From Octopus sinensis (taxonomy: Eukaryota), in the NCBI RefSeq assembly GCF_006345805.1, contig NC_042998.1, forward strand, positions 100,626,001 to 100,690,000: DNA of 64,000 nt. The letters are read 5' to 3'. The notes beneath the pieces are model-generated. The model worked only from the letters and a program-made list of their open reading frames with translations. It did no database searches and was not told the origin of the DNA. The position numbers were made by a program, and so were the translations under genes. Positions within the stretch are counted from its first letter, which is position 1. Each line of letters begins with the position of its first letter. Shown here piece after piece: positions 52,101 through 64,000 of the stretch.

Positions 52101-55100
52101 GTTCAAAGGTCATGCTTTACCACCTCATCCCGTCTTCCTAGATGATGTCTATATTACAATATTACATCATTATTATCATCATCAATGTTTAACATCGGCT
52201 TTCCATGCTGGCATGGGTATGTTGTGTATGTATAGTAATATTACAATCACACAATTAGGATTAGCTTATCTTACTCTTTCTCACGGAACCCCTAGAAACC
52301 TTTTGCGGAACCCTAGGGTTCCAGGGAATCCCGGTTGAGAAACACTGGCTTAGAGACTCCTACATTTGGCTCACCACTCAGAGATTCATCATCATCATCA
52401 TCATCATCATCGTTTAACGTCCGTTCTCCATGCTAGCATGGGTTGGACGGTTCGACCGGGGATCTGGGAAGCCAGAAGGCTGCACCAGGCTCCAGTCTGA
52501 TCTGGCAGTGTTTCTACAGCTGGATGCCCTTCCTAACACCAACCACTCCGTGAGTGTAGTGGGTGCTTTTTACGTGCCACCGGCACAGGTGCCAGGCGAG
52601 GCTAGCAACGGCCATGATCGGATTGGTGCATTTTACGTGCCACCGGCACGGGAGCCAGTCAAGGCGGCGCTGGCATCGGCCACGATTCAGATGGTGCTTT
52701 TTACATGCCACCAGCACGGAAGCCAGTCAAGGCGGTGCTGGATACAATAAATATCAAGCGTGAAACTGGATTGAATCAATTGAGTGAACTCCTTTCCTAT
52801 AAAATAGACGCCTTGTATAAATGTAAGTAATTGATATTTATGATGAAAGCGGGCGAATTGAGATTGAGTTTTACAGCCTAGATGTCTTGGTTTCAGAGGA
52901 TGCATGGTTCTAGTGGTTAGGGCATTGCTCACATAATTGTGAGATCATGGGTTCGATTCCTGGTCAGGACTTTGCACTGAGTTTTTGAGCAAAACACTTC
53001 ATCTCACATTATACTGAAATCACTTTGGCATATGAAGTGTGGTACACTGCACATCTGTATAGGCAATGTCGATTTGATGTAGAGAGTGAGCAGCACCAAT
53101 ATTTGTTCACTATAAACAAATCATTTGTGCAGGTTGTTCAGCCAGAAATTGCAGAACTGTCTTGCTTGGACTTGAGAAGCTACCAATAATAGTCTTGGTT
53201 TCAAGGATTACCGTATATTATTGTGGTGAAGTATTAGTAAATGGGTATTGTTCTAAATGCCATATCCTGTTTAGAAAACATGTATCATTTTAATTAATGG
53301 GAAAACCATTAATTAGCAACTAAACCAAAGAATGGAATTTGAGAACATATAGAAATGCATGAATATGCAAATTTGTTTAAATCAGATAAAATTAAAAATT
53401 AAAAATATAATTGTTTTTTCTCCCTATTAATCTAAAACAAAATAAAAAAAAATACAAACTAGATTAAATCCCATGAATAAAACAAATAACCTATTTCTTT
53501 GTGAAGGCCAAAACACACCAAGTCTTCTCTATATTAAGTCTGTGTTAAAGAAGTGTTAAAATATTTTTAATTTTAGTTAAGAATTACTAATTAGTAATTA
53601 ACACAAAAAGACAAAAAATAAAATGAAAATAAAATGAAAATAAACAAAACAAATAAACTGACAGGAAATGAAAAAGATCAAAGCTGAGAACTAAAACTGA
53701 AGTTGTAACACCATTACAGTGAAATGAATACTTACATACAATTCCGTGCTGCGAGATCTCTATGGACAAACTTTAAACCAGATAAATAGTCCATCCCCGA
53801 TGCAATACTGATGCCAAAGACAATGAGATCTTTAATGGTTGGTTGCTGGAGAAATTTGATGGTGGTGGTGGTAGTGGTGGCAAGGCAAAATGAAAAAAAA
53901 CCCAGAAAAAAGAGAGAAAAAAAAGAAAAGTAAAAGGAAATGAAAACATTGTTATTAAAAATGTCTGTTTAAATGTTTATTCTTTTTCAAGAAAAGGTAT
54001 TTGAAATGGGATTATATTTCAATTTCCGCTGAATAGGTCCCCAAGAAGAAACAGGGTTATGCCAACTGTGAAGAAACATGATCCAAGGCAACATTTGGTA
54101 CTAATAACCTAATATATATGCGTGTGTCTCTGCACACATTCATGCATGTGTGTGTGCGTGTGTGTGCATGTGTGTGTGTGTGTATGTATGTATTATTGCA
54201 TATATATGTGTGTGTATATTTCATAAATTAATGACTAAACGTTTTGTGTTAATTTAGTTATTATATCTACTGATATCTTGTTTAACATTTTACTGAGTTG
54301 TTGTTTTTTTTCTCTGTATTTCTCTCTCTCTCACTTTTTAATATAATTTACAATTTTATACATGTTTATTTAGATATATAGATACTCTCTCTCTCTCTCT
54401 CTCTCACTGGATATAATTTGAAAATTATCTTGGGAATGCATCATCCATAAACAGAAGGGTGTTGTTTCTTAGCTCCGATACATCCTTGATCCAACAGAGT
54501 CTTTCCAACTGTGACCATCCTCTATTTTGTTTTTCTGGAGTAGTTTATCTTGGGTTACATTATTCAATGTGTCCTTTTCAAAAGATACATGCTGTTGTTT
54601 GAGGGAGATGTTTGGTTGTTACTTCTAGCAGGTTGAGCAACCAACCATGCAAAGGCACCTTCTGACTATGAAATAAATAACAGAGCTAGGAAAAGATGTT
54701 TGATAGTAGAGAATACAAAATTATCTCTTTTATATTAGAAGAACCTGCTTTCAACCCCACCCACAAAAAAACAACAATATTTTAGTCTCTTCACTATGCT
54801 TGCATGGATCAAATAGAATCCATTGAAGCAAATTTTCTACAGCTGGATATTCTTGTTGTTGCCAACCCTCCCTTTTTGTTTCCAAGCAGGTTAATATTTT
54901 GTCATGACCTTTTTTTTATGGAAGAATGGAATGAGGGGTACTACAGGTTCCACAGTCTGTTTTGGTTTGGTTTCTACAACTAGGTGCCCTTCCTAATGCC
55001 AACCACTTTGCGGAGTGTCTTGGTGCTTTTTACATGGCACCATCACCAGTGTTTTTTATGTGGCACCTAGTTTTGTTCCTCAACATTTTAAGTTCAACTT

Positions 55101-57244
55101 CTGGTTCATGAAGACAACAAAAAATACCATCTAATTTTACTCACACGCTTATAAATATGCATGTAACCAAAGCATACATAGAAGATTAAAAAGTGCAGCT
55201 TACGTTGTTAACATCTCGAAGATATGATAGTAGGTCACCATGTAACATGTATGGAAGCACAACAAGAGGCATTTGGTCTTTACCAAGACAGATTCCAATC
55301 AGTGATAAGATGTTTTCATGATCAAAGTCTTTCATAATTATGGCTTCTGTTAAGAATGCTTTCACATCAATTTCTCGGGGGTTATCTTCTACAAATAAAG
55401 AGCAAGAAAACAGATAATTAGAAATGTTCATAAAAGTCACTTTTCCCACATTAATTTTCAATTAATATAGTTGAGGTGAAATTGGATATTTGTACATTGC
55501 TGGAGAAATTCTTTTACAGCTAAATGTCTTTCCTACTGCAAATCCCTTAACAGTGAATTACGAGATGGAACCTGTTTGTCAGTCAGGCAAACTAATTTGG
55601 CAAACAGAGCCAGGTATATTTCTCAGATGTGCAACACAATGGCCAGGTTAATTAGAGTTGATGTTATAACCATGTAGTTGATAAGCTGGTCTTTTAACTT
55701 ACAACTATTGGCTTTCATTGATTAATAGTAATAAGAGTTGATTGTTGTAAAAACAATTGTAACTAACATCTGCTACTGCTGCCACTGCTGCGACAGCAGT
55801 AATTGAAATGTAAATATCTCTTAAGCTCTGAAGTAGTTTTGTTATGGACAAGATGTTAAAATTACAAATAACTTTCTCAGATGAACTGACAGTTAGGTGA
55901 ATGGAGGCAATGGAGATTTAAGGAATATTCAACCCAGGGAAAAAAAGATGAGAAAAACAAAACAAAACAAAACCAAACAAGCCTGATATGATTTAAATAC
56001 AAGATCTATTAAGATCTTGCTAAGAACCTGGAATGGTTTGAAATCGACAGAGTAAATAAAGGAAATACTTATGTTATGGCAATGTGTCTATTGTTTGAAG
56101 TAGCACACCTTCTTTTGCTATGGCACCTGTCATAACAGTTTGTCTACCTGGATATCAAACTCTTATTAATATTATTAAGCAATGAAGGTGTTACATAAAA
56201 GGAACTTACTATGAAGTGTTTTTACTGCAACAAGGCTTTCTCCCTTTTCTCCAGGTTTAAAGAGGAACGCTCGGTGAACACAACCAAAATGTCCTGAAAA
56301 ATTAACAGTTGAATGAAGTTAACAGAAATATCATATAAAAGATATGTTGACTAACTTGGCTAGTTGTTATGTATCCAGTTTCCTCCTCAAGGCATTCTCA
56401 TCACACATCATACTTAAGCAACTTCTCCCCAATACCACTTACCCCTCTTACTATTTGCAGCCATTTCACTTGTTATTCATCTTTTATTCTTAATACTATC
56501 CTCTCCACCAACATTTTACATTGAACACCCTTCTAAACCATCAAGTTTTCTCTCCTACACTACATTATGTCTCTCCATACTCTTATAACCTGCCTAACCA
56601 CATATCATCTCCCCCTTATTTCTCTTTTTTCCCCTGTCTGCTGTATCATCATTACTATTGTGATTACTATTCTGCTGCTCTTCATCCCCACCTTCCTTTT
56701 TGTATAATTAGTCATCCCCTCTCCTCTGCCCCACCACAACTCATGCATCATTGGCCATGAGAAAATGCACTAGTACACAAGGTAAAGTGGTTGGTGTTAG
56801 GAAGGACATCCACCTGTAAAAACCAAGCCAAATGACATGTACAGGCACCTTAGTCTTTAGGACTAGTAGCTTTCAATGAAAGGTGGCTTGAATCATCACA
56901 AACTGTCCAATCCATTCCAACATAGAAAGCAGACACAAAAAAGATGATAAAGATGATATATAAGATATTTAAGTTGAATGTTTTGAAACCATCATTTAAC
57001 TCTTTAGCATTCAGGCTACTCTGTCAAATCTATTGCTTATTTATTCACATTGCTTTGAATTAATCAAGAATTATCTTAATAGTCATAGGAGTGGCTGTGT
57101 AGTAAGTAGCTTGCTTATGAACCACATGGTTCCGGGTTCAGTCCCAAAGCGTGGCACCTTGGGTAGGTGTCTTCTACTATAGCCTCAGGCCGACCAAAGC
57201 CTTGAGTGGATTTGGTAGATGGAAACTGAAAGAAGCCCATCGTA

Positions 57245-57282
<38 letters not shown>

Positions 57283-60200
57283 TACGATGGGCTTTTTTCA
57301 ACATATATATGTATGTTTGTGTATATGTTTGCATGTCTGTGTTTGTCCCCTCAACATCGCATGACAACCGATGCTGGTGTGTTTACATTCCAGCAACTTA
57401 GTAGTTCGGAAAAAGAGACTGATAGAATAAGTACTAGGCTTACAAAGAATAAATTCTGGGGTCGATTTGCTCGACTAAAGGTGGTGCTCCAACATGGCCA
57501 CAGTCAAATGACTGAAACAAGTAAAAGAGTATCTCATAGCTCTGAGATTTCAATGATGTTATTGCTTACTTTTGCAACGACAGTGTGAGAGAAATGTGAG
57601 AGGATGGATCTGGCCAGTTTGAATATAAAGTAGGTAGAATATTTTGTCCAGATACGACCAGTTTAAGTGCTAAAGGGTTAAGATTTCATTGTGCTTCTGC
57701 TTATATGAAAAGTTTTTGGTTAGAAATAGAAGGCTGAATGTCTTTATGCTGTCCCTTAAGTATCTGGCAAACTTGATTATATAAAAGTTAAAATGAAAGG
57801 GTTTCAAAACTAATTTACCTTGACCAATTTTATCTTTCATCAAAAGTGCTTCCTTTGGTATGAGAAGTTTTTGGTCTTTGAGGAGAAGAAAAGTATCCTC
57901 ATCAATGAGTGGTATTCCACTTGTAGCTCCTGTGGCATAGGTTGTGGCCCCAGGTGAGTCTTGTCGCTCTGTATACTCTAGAAGAGAAGAAAAATGGAGC
58001 CAAATTAAAGTAATGATTTGAAGACAAGTTATTGTTGAAAATAGATTTGAGATACAAAAGAGGAAATTTTAACCTTTAGTATTCAGGATTACTCTATCAA
58101 ATGTAGTTCTTATTCATGAGCATTGTTTTGAATTTATCATGCATTATCTTATAGCATTGCAATTTCAATATGTGATATTTTAAAATGATATTGTAGATTA
58201 GGAGAGAGAGAGAGACTGGATCTGGTCAGTTTGAACATAAAACAAGTAGATTATTTGGATCAGATACAGCTAGTTTAAATCACTTTAGAATAATGGTAGC
58301 TGTTAGTGAGCTGGCTTAATGACTGAATTAAAATGATAACTAAACTAAGAATGTTTTCAGTTAGTGCTTGTTTAGTTCTAGATTTTTGGTGTGGATTGGA
58401 TGAAAGAATAATCATCCCTTGGATAGAAAAAAAGTGAATCTTGGGCAAAATGCAATAGATTAGGTATTAAGGTTAATGCAGCTAGAAAGAATAGCTAAAT
58501 TAAAAAAAGAGGATTATCAAAAGATTTTGGGAAAAATAATAATCTCAAAAGAATAATAAGAAAAGTGGATCACTTGTCTGGTATCTTTTTAAAATTTTCC
58601 AAAAACTTAAATTTCAATAATTCATCTTTCATGACTATTTCTAGTCTGTCTTAGCATTCATGATTATGTGGATAGAAGTTTGGAATAACTATTTTATCCT
58701 ATATTTGACTTTAAGATTATATATATATTTCTTTTTAGGAACAGTGAATCTTGAAGTAAATAAACCTATAAATAATAGCATGTAAATATCGACTTAAAAG
58801 CCCTTTGGATTCTTAACCCAATATTTACATGCTGGCCCCCGTGCCGGTGGCACGTAAAAGCACCCACTACACTCTTGGAGTGGTTGGCATTAGGAAGGGC
58901 ATCCAGCTGTAGAAACTCTGCCAGATCAAGACTGGAGCTTGGTGCAGCCATCTAGTCCGTCAGTCCTCAGTCAAACCGTCCAACCCATGCTAGCATGGAA
59001 AGCGGACGTTAAACGATGATGATGATGATTTGCTTTGAAATTCACTGTTCCTAAAAAGAATTATTTAACGTTCTTGAAGTTTCTAAACTGTTATAATGGA
59101 AGGGTTTCCAGCAGTAAAAACCGTGGATGTTAATGATGATCACACATACACAATAAATAAGGAGAACAGATTTATATGTCCAGTTTTATTCTGCAGTCAA
59201 TCATGTCTTTCCATTTCTGCACCTACATATATTATGTTTCTGCTGTAACTCAGTGTACACTGCAAAATTTTGCATCTTGCTGTGCATTTTGGTGTTAATT
59301 GCCACTTCTTCAGGGTGCTATTAACAGCGTTTCAGGTCCCATCTGAACTAAATGCAAGTCCAACTAAAATATTTCATCCATTTGGTGGTAGTATTCTAAA
59401 TATAGCCTAAATTCTGACCTTTTCAACTCTGTGACTAGCTGTCCAACAATGGATCAGTTGTCCTTAGTGCATATTGATGTTATTGTTGTTAGTATTATTA
59501 TCCTCCTTATCACTACTACTTCCACTACTGCTCTTATTATTACTATTATTGTTAATAATGAGATAATGTTGTATTATTTAGTTTGCTAATTTTATAATTA
59601 AAATAAATTTAAGGAATATCGTTAATTCTATTTATTTAGGGTTTATATTTAATCTGCTACTCAACATTCTATGATTTCTGTTCTAATTTTAATATTACAT
59701 ATCATTCAATCACTTAAATCAATTAATCAATTTAAGTGGATGAATGATATGTAATACTAAAACATGCAGTCTCTATAGGAACACATGGATTTGCTGATGT
59801 GAAGATCTACTGAGGATAGTAAAATAAACTAACTGGAGTTTTTCTACACTCATGGAAGTTAGCCAGTATTATTAACTGGTTAAAGTGAATAAGGACCTGC
59901 TAGGATTGTATATCTCTACCAACCTACTTTGAAATTTACCTTTATATATATATATCCTCATCACCATCGTTTAACGTTCGCTTTCCATGCTAGCATGGGT
60001 TGGACAATTTGACTGAGGACTGGCGAACCAGATGGCTGCACCAGGCTCCAATCTTGATCTGGCAGAGTTTCTACAGCTGGATGCCCTTCCCAACGCCAAA
60101 GGGAAAAAACTACCTGGCTTGGCAACAGGTTGGGGTTGGCATCAGGAAGGGCATCCGACTGTAGAAAGCTTGCCACACGTGTACATACATTTTTGTAGGT

Positions 60201-62444
60201 GCGGACATGGCTGTGTGGTTAGGGAGCTTGCTTCCTAGCTACATGGTATCGGGTTCAGTCCAACTGCGTGGCACTTTAGGCAAGTGTCTTCTGCTATAAC
60301 CCTGGGCCGACAAAAGCTTTGTGATTGAATTTGGTTAGAGGAAGTTACTGCTGTGTGTGTATATGTGTGTGTAGGTGCTTGTGCCTCTCCGAGAGAGAGA
60401 GAGAGAGAGGGAATATATATACATTTATGAATTTGTGTTAAAAGATTCCAGATGTGAAGCCATGTGTTGAAACATATTGTATTTCGGGTTGGTCATTTCT
60501 TTTTTGACCAAATAAACACACACACTATATATTTGTTCTTCTCTTGTTTATTACTGTTCTTATTCTAACTCATGTCCATTGTCTGGAAATCTTTCATCAC
60601 ACATCTGTGACCTCCTCAGTGACACTTTCTGTCTTTGAGTGTGCTCTTGCTCTGCTTATTCCATTCTGTTCTTCTATTATGTATATCCTTATGCATCTGT
60701 GTTTGTGTGTGTGTGTGTTATTGATCTTAGTAGTACTATGACCCTCTCCTCAGCTCCATTCCCTACCCTGTTGCCACTACTGCTGCCCTTGAATGCAAAT
60801 TTATGTACCATTCTTGTAACTCACTGTGTTTGTGTGTTTGCCCACGTTGCTGTCATCATGGTAGATGTTGTTGTTGTTGCCATTGTTGTTAGTTGTGTTA
60901 CTGATATTGTTGCGGCTGTCTGTGACGTAACCATATGAGTGTTTGTGTATGTGTATACGGCTCACTTCCTATGTTGTTTGTATCCGTGCCCTTTATACAG
61001 TTTTTTTTATAATGTTTCTAATTTTTTTATATTTATCATAGGTATGTGCATATATGTCTACTGTATGTGTATTACACTATTTGTATCTGTTTTTTTTCTT
61101 TTTCTTCCTTCAGTCTTTAGTCTTTAGTTGTCATGTTATGTGGTGTGGTGGCGGGTGTTATTGTTCCATTTGACGTTTTCTGTTGAGGCTTGGTCTGTCT
61201 ATTGTTATGTGTGTAGCCTCTGTGATCTGTCTAAATGTGGTGTCAGTTCTATGCATTGATAATACTTTTACCTCTATGCTATTGACTGAGCCTCTATGTT
61301 CTGCTTGAGCATGTTGGTAGAGTACTGATGAGCCTTTCTCTTCTTTGAGCTCTTTCCAGTGTTTATCTATACACTCTCCTATGCTGTGTGCTGTCTCTCC
61401 AATATATATACTGTCCTCAGTACACTGTAAACTATACACTATATTTCTAACCTTACAGTTAACCTGTGGATTCATCCTACATGCAATATAATTGTTCTCT
61501 GTACATGGGGACCTATTGAAGGGATAAGTTCTACAGATCAGAGATTTTATAGGGGCACCAGGCCTTTCTACTACTTTAATTCATAGATTGGCTTTATTTA
61601 ATGTTTGTCTAAAAAGGTATGCTAGTTCATTACCAGGGGCAGCATCAATGAACATGCCACTGTGATATATTTTGTTGTCATACCATGAGTTAGCCTTATC
61701 TATCTTTTTCTGGTCCTTTTTGTGCTGTTCCAGGATTTTCTCCTGTGTAGCAGGCAGATCCCCTTTGCATCACTCTCTAAGATGGCTTTGTACTTAGCCC
61801 TGGCTCCTTAACAACTCTCTCTATATATATCTAGTTGCTAACTGTGAACTATAAAAAATTTTTTCAGCTAATCAAACTTTGATATGGGAAAAGTCTACAT
61901 CCTTTGATGCCAATAAATTATTACTGTTCCTGAATGTTGTTTTTTATACCTACCACTGAATGCTTGAAACTTCCAAACTTCCTACGCTTAGATCCTTGGA
62001 TCTTATAATTACATATATATATATATATAGAGAGAGAGAGACAGACTGAAGGTGAGAGAAAGAAAATGATGATTAAGAATAGTTAAATAAAATGGAGAGT
62101 AATTAGTTAAAAAAAAACAACAGACAACATAACAGCAGGCAGGATGGACTCATTGCATTCTCCTCATCTTATGAAGAGGACTCACCATTTGTTGTTGTTG
62201 GAAGCAACCTACCAAATGCATCAAGGGACACCTCACCACCATTGAAATAACGAGCTGTATGTGGGATTTGGCGTTTTTTAGAGAATACCTTTTTCTTCCA
62301 AAGACAGTAACAGGTGACAGCAATAAGGATGAGAATCACACACAAGGCGACAATCAATGCAATGACAGTGGCACTGGTAAAGATGGATTTGGTGTCAACA
62401 TAAAGCAACCAGCCAACTTCATAACTTAAGTAGCCAATATAAAC
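42763..62444 (-). CDS. MET: MET/RON (HGF receptor)-like receptor tyrosine kinase, 3' part; 8 exons, with upstream exons presumably beyond the window
   Basis: Exons 62186-62444, 57819-57977, 56210-56293, 55204-55388, 53736-53845, 50753-50915, 46329-46465 and 42763-42949 splice GT-AG in frame. They give a TM helix, [97 protein letters not shown] and CW..RP. Orthology to MET is inferred from motifs only. Confidence 0.9.
43337..44128. mobile_element. Long-TIR (foldback/MITE) element, with a family-B SINE in its right arm
   Basis: 43337-43505 is the reverse complement of 43710-43790 plus 44045-44128. The SINE at 43795-44008 (minus) is flanked by a 16-bp TSD AGAGTTGTTATATATT (43779-43794 and 44009-44024). 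Confidence 0.82.
45590..46040 (-). mobile_element. Old RTE LINE remnant
   Basis: Minus-strand remnants EADPTEGPV and [18 protein letters not shown], typical of the region upstream of an RTE RT domain. Heavily decayed. Confidence 0.5.
46329..46465 (-). CDS. MET: MET-like RTK exon: subdomains IX-X
   Basis: [54 protein letters not shown] boundaries. Confidence 0.92.
46610..47850 (-). mobile_element. Decayed mariner element
   Basis: ORF remnants [21 protein letters not shown] and [21 protein letters not shown] (YSPDLAPSDY-like). TIR-like ends GTTGACTGAAAAGTT / AACTTTTCAGCCCAC. Confidence 0.85.
50200..50410 (+). mobile_element. SINE family B with TSD
   Basis: GGTGGCAAGCTGGCAGAA head, flanked by the direct repeat AATATTAATTTGGAATGAG. 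Confidence 0.8.
50753..50915 (-). CDS. MET: MET-like RTK exon: activation loop
   Basis: [63 protein letters not shown] boundaries. Confidence 0.93.
52385..52740 (-). mobile_element. RTE 3'-UTR-derived element; further copies at about 51675-52220, 58830-59030, 59960-60100 and 62745-62950
   Basis: (CAT)n-CGTTTAACGTCCG...CATGCTAGCATGGGTTGGACG and GTGCCACCGGCAC units, matching the 3' UTR of the RTE at 11282. Confidence 0.82.
52898..53170 (+). mobile_element. tRNA-derived SINE, further family
   Basis: A-box TGGTTCTAGTGG and B-box GGTTCGATTCC, followed by the TTGAGCAAAACACTT body. No acceptor stem. Confidence 0.65.
53736..53845 (-). CDS. MET: MET-like RTK exon: catalytic loop
   Basis: [46 protein letters not shown] boundaries. 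Confidence 0.93.
55204..55388 (-). CDS. MET: MET-like RTK exon: alphaC to hinge
   Basis: [61 protein letters not shown]. Donor GTAAGC. Confidence 0.92.
56210..56293 (-). CDS. MET: MET-like RTK exon: Gly-loop and VAVK
   Basis: [41 protein letters not shown] boundaries. Confidence 0.9.
57086..57530 (+). mobile_element. SINE family A inside a TTAA-type MITE (about 56996-57682)
   Basis: Full family A sequence. The surrounding element has ends TTAACTCTTTAGCA / TGCTAAAGGGTTAA. Confidence 0.8.
57819..57977 (-). CDS. MET: MET-like RTK exon: juxtamembrane to kinase start
   Basis: [10 protein letters not shown]...[25 protein letters not shown] boundaries, phase 1-1. Confidence 0.85.
60440..61840 (-). 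mobile_element. Penelope-like element 3' remnant (GIY-YIG and pLTR region)
   Basis: ORF 61158..61475: [17 protein letters not shown]...LYQH...RQITEA..I..RPSLN. Downstream is a degenerate hammerhead-like fold at 60580-60625. Confidence 0.75.
62186..62444 (-). CDS. MET: MET-like RTK exon: transmembrane and juxtamembrane region
   Basis: Acceptor TTTCTCAG and donor GTGAG. Encodes [26 protein letters not shown]. Confidence 0.82.
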
Positions 62445-62690
62445 CTGAGAAATAAGCAGACAATTAGTTAAAGGGAAAAGGATTAAACAATATATACATA
62501 TATGCATTAAAAATATGTAGGTGCAGGAAGCGCTATTTTGTTAAGAAGTTTTGTTTGCAACCACCAAGTTCTGTGTTCAATCTTACTGTGTAGCACTCTG
62601 GATAAGTATCTTCTATTATAGGTCCAGGTCAATGAATGTCTCATGAGTGAATTTGGTACATGGAAATTGCTCAAAATGTAAAAGACATTC

Positions 62691-62747
<57 letters not shown>

Positions 62748-64000
62748 TCATCATCATCATCGTTTAATGTCCGCTTTCCATGCTAGCATGGGTTGGACGA
62801 TTTTGACTGTGGACTGGCGAACCAGGCTCCAATCTGATCTGGCAGAGTTTCTACAGCTGGATGCCCTACCCAACGCCAACCACTCTGAGAATGTAGTGGG
62901 TACTTTTACGTGCCACCTGCACAGGAGCCAGTCCAGTGGCACTGGCAACAACTTCATTTATATATATATATATATATATAGTTACGGTATATTCTGTTTG
63001 GAACATGGCAGAATACAGTATAAAGCTCGGCTACCCTTAGAATTACCCAATACTGCTGAGGTCAACTTTGCTTTTCATCATTTTGGGGTTGATAAATTAA
63101 GTACCAGTTGCATACTGAGGTTGATCTAATCAACTGGCCCCTCCCACCAAAATTTCAGGCCATATGCCTGTAATAGAAAGGATTATTATTGTAACTGTTA
63201 TTAAAACTATTAACTTTCTAACCACTAGTCATGCTTGAATCCTTTATGATAGTGCAGGTACTCTGTGTTCAATAGTGTTACTAGCAATACAATGACAGCA
63301 TTATTCTTGATAGCATAAACCCCAGTGCTCAACTGGTATTCATTTTATTGACCCTGAAAGGATGGAAAGCAAAGTTGACCATAATGGAATTTGAATTCAG
63401 AATGTAAAGCAGGAAGAAATGCTGCTGAGCATTCTGTCTAGCGTGTTACCAATGACACTTGTCATCTTTGTACTCTATATTCTTAATGAATCCTTTCAAA
63501 AACCAGAAGTAATACATAGATGTATTGATACTCTCTGATTCTTGTATATACTATGGTAGATACCATATTGACAGAATAAGTTGGAGTGCCAAATTAAATA
63601 CTTTACAATATTTTATTTTGCCTGTTTATATTTTGAGTTTAAATTCAACCAGCCAACTTTGCAATTTATCACACAGGTATAAACAAATTGATTATCACTT
63701 GTATTTTAGCAAGGATAATTATATTGACTATACCTGTCTCCTCATAAATATTTGTGGCCTTGTACAAATATCAAAAATCTTTATGGTGAACATGATGATT
63801 TCAGTGTGCTTTGGGTGTACTCAGCTTGCTGGAATCAATCTTTTCTAAAGTTAAGACTTAAGCGAGAAGTTTATGCATTCATAGTGGCTAAGATGCTAGT
63901 CTATCACAAGAAACCTTTCCCTACTAAAATATAGTGTCTGTTCCCTACTGTTAGGTGATCTGAGCCAATGAGTAAAACACTGTTTTTATCTTACTCAAAA

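Noticed and set aside
52898-52970. tRNA gene
   Set aside because: A and B boxes are present, but there is no acceptor stem and the sequence continues into a SINE body.

Overview
Eukaryotic, AT-rich DNA dense in microsatellites and transposons. The SINE/LINE repertoire points to a coleoid cephalopod, probably Octopus (inference). Two host genes are supported: an intronless tRNA 2'-phosphotransferase (TRPT1/Tpt1, + strand, 24526-25230) and the 3' part of a MET/RON-like receptor tyrosine kinase (- strand, 8 exons, 62444 to 42763, all GT-AG and in frame). Most of the rest is mobile DNA: a decayed autonomous Helitron plus non-autonomous Helitrons with the same 3' hairpin-CTAG end, three Penelope-like elements (PLEs; two with an inverted 5' segment), RTE, RTE-BovB-like, CR1 and R4-like LINE fragments, Tigger, mariner and TTAA-type DNA elements, and many tRNA-SINEs. 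The strongest non-obvious signal is about ten type I hammerhead-ribozyme folds from at least five sequence families. Four have intact cores, and several lie in short non-coding repeats with no adjacent PLE ORF (candidate solo pLTRs or retrozyme-like elements). Coordinates were counted by eye, so repeat boundaries may be off by a few bases.
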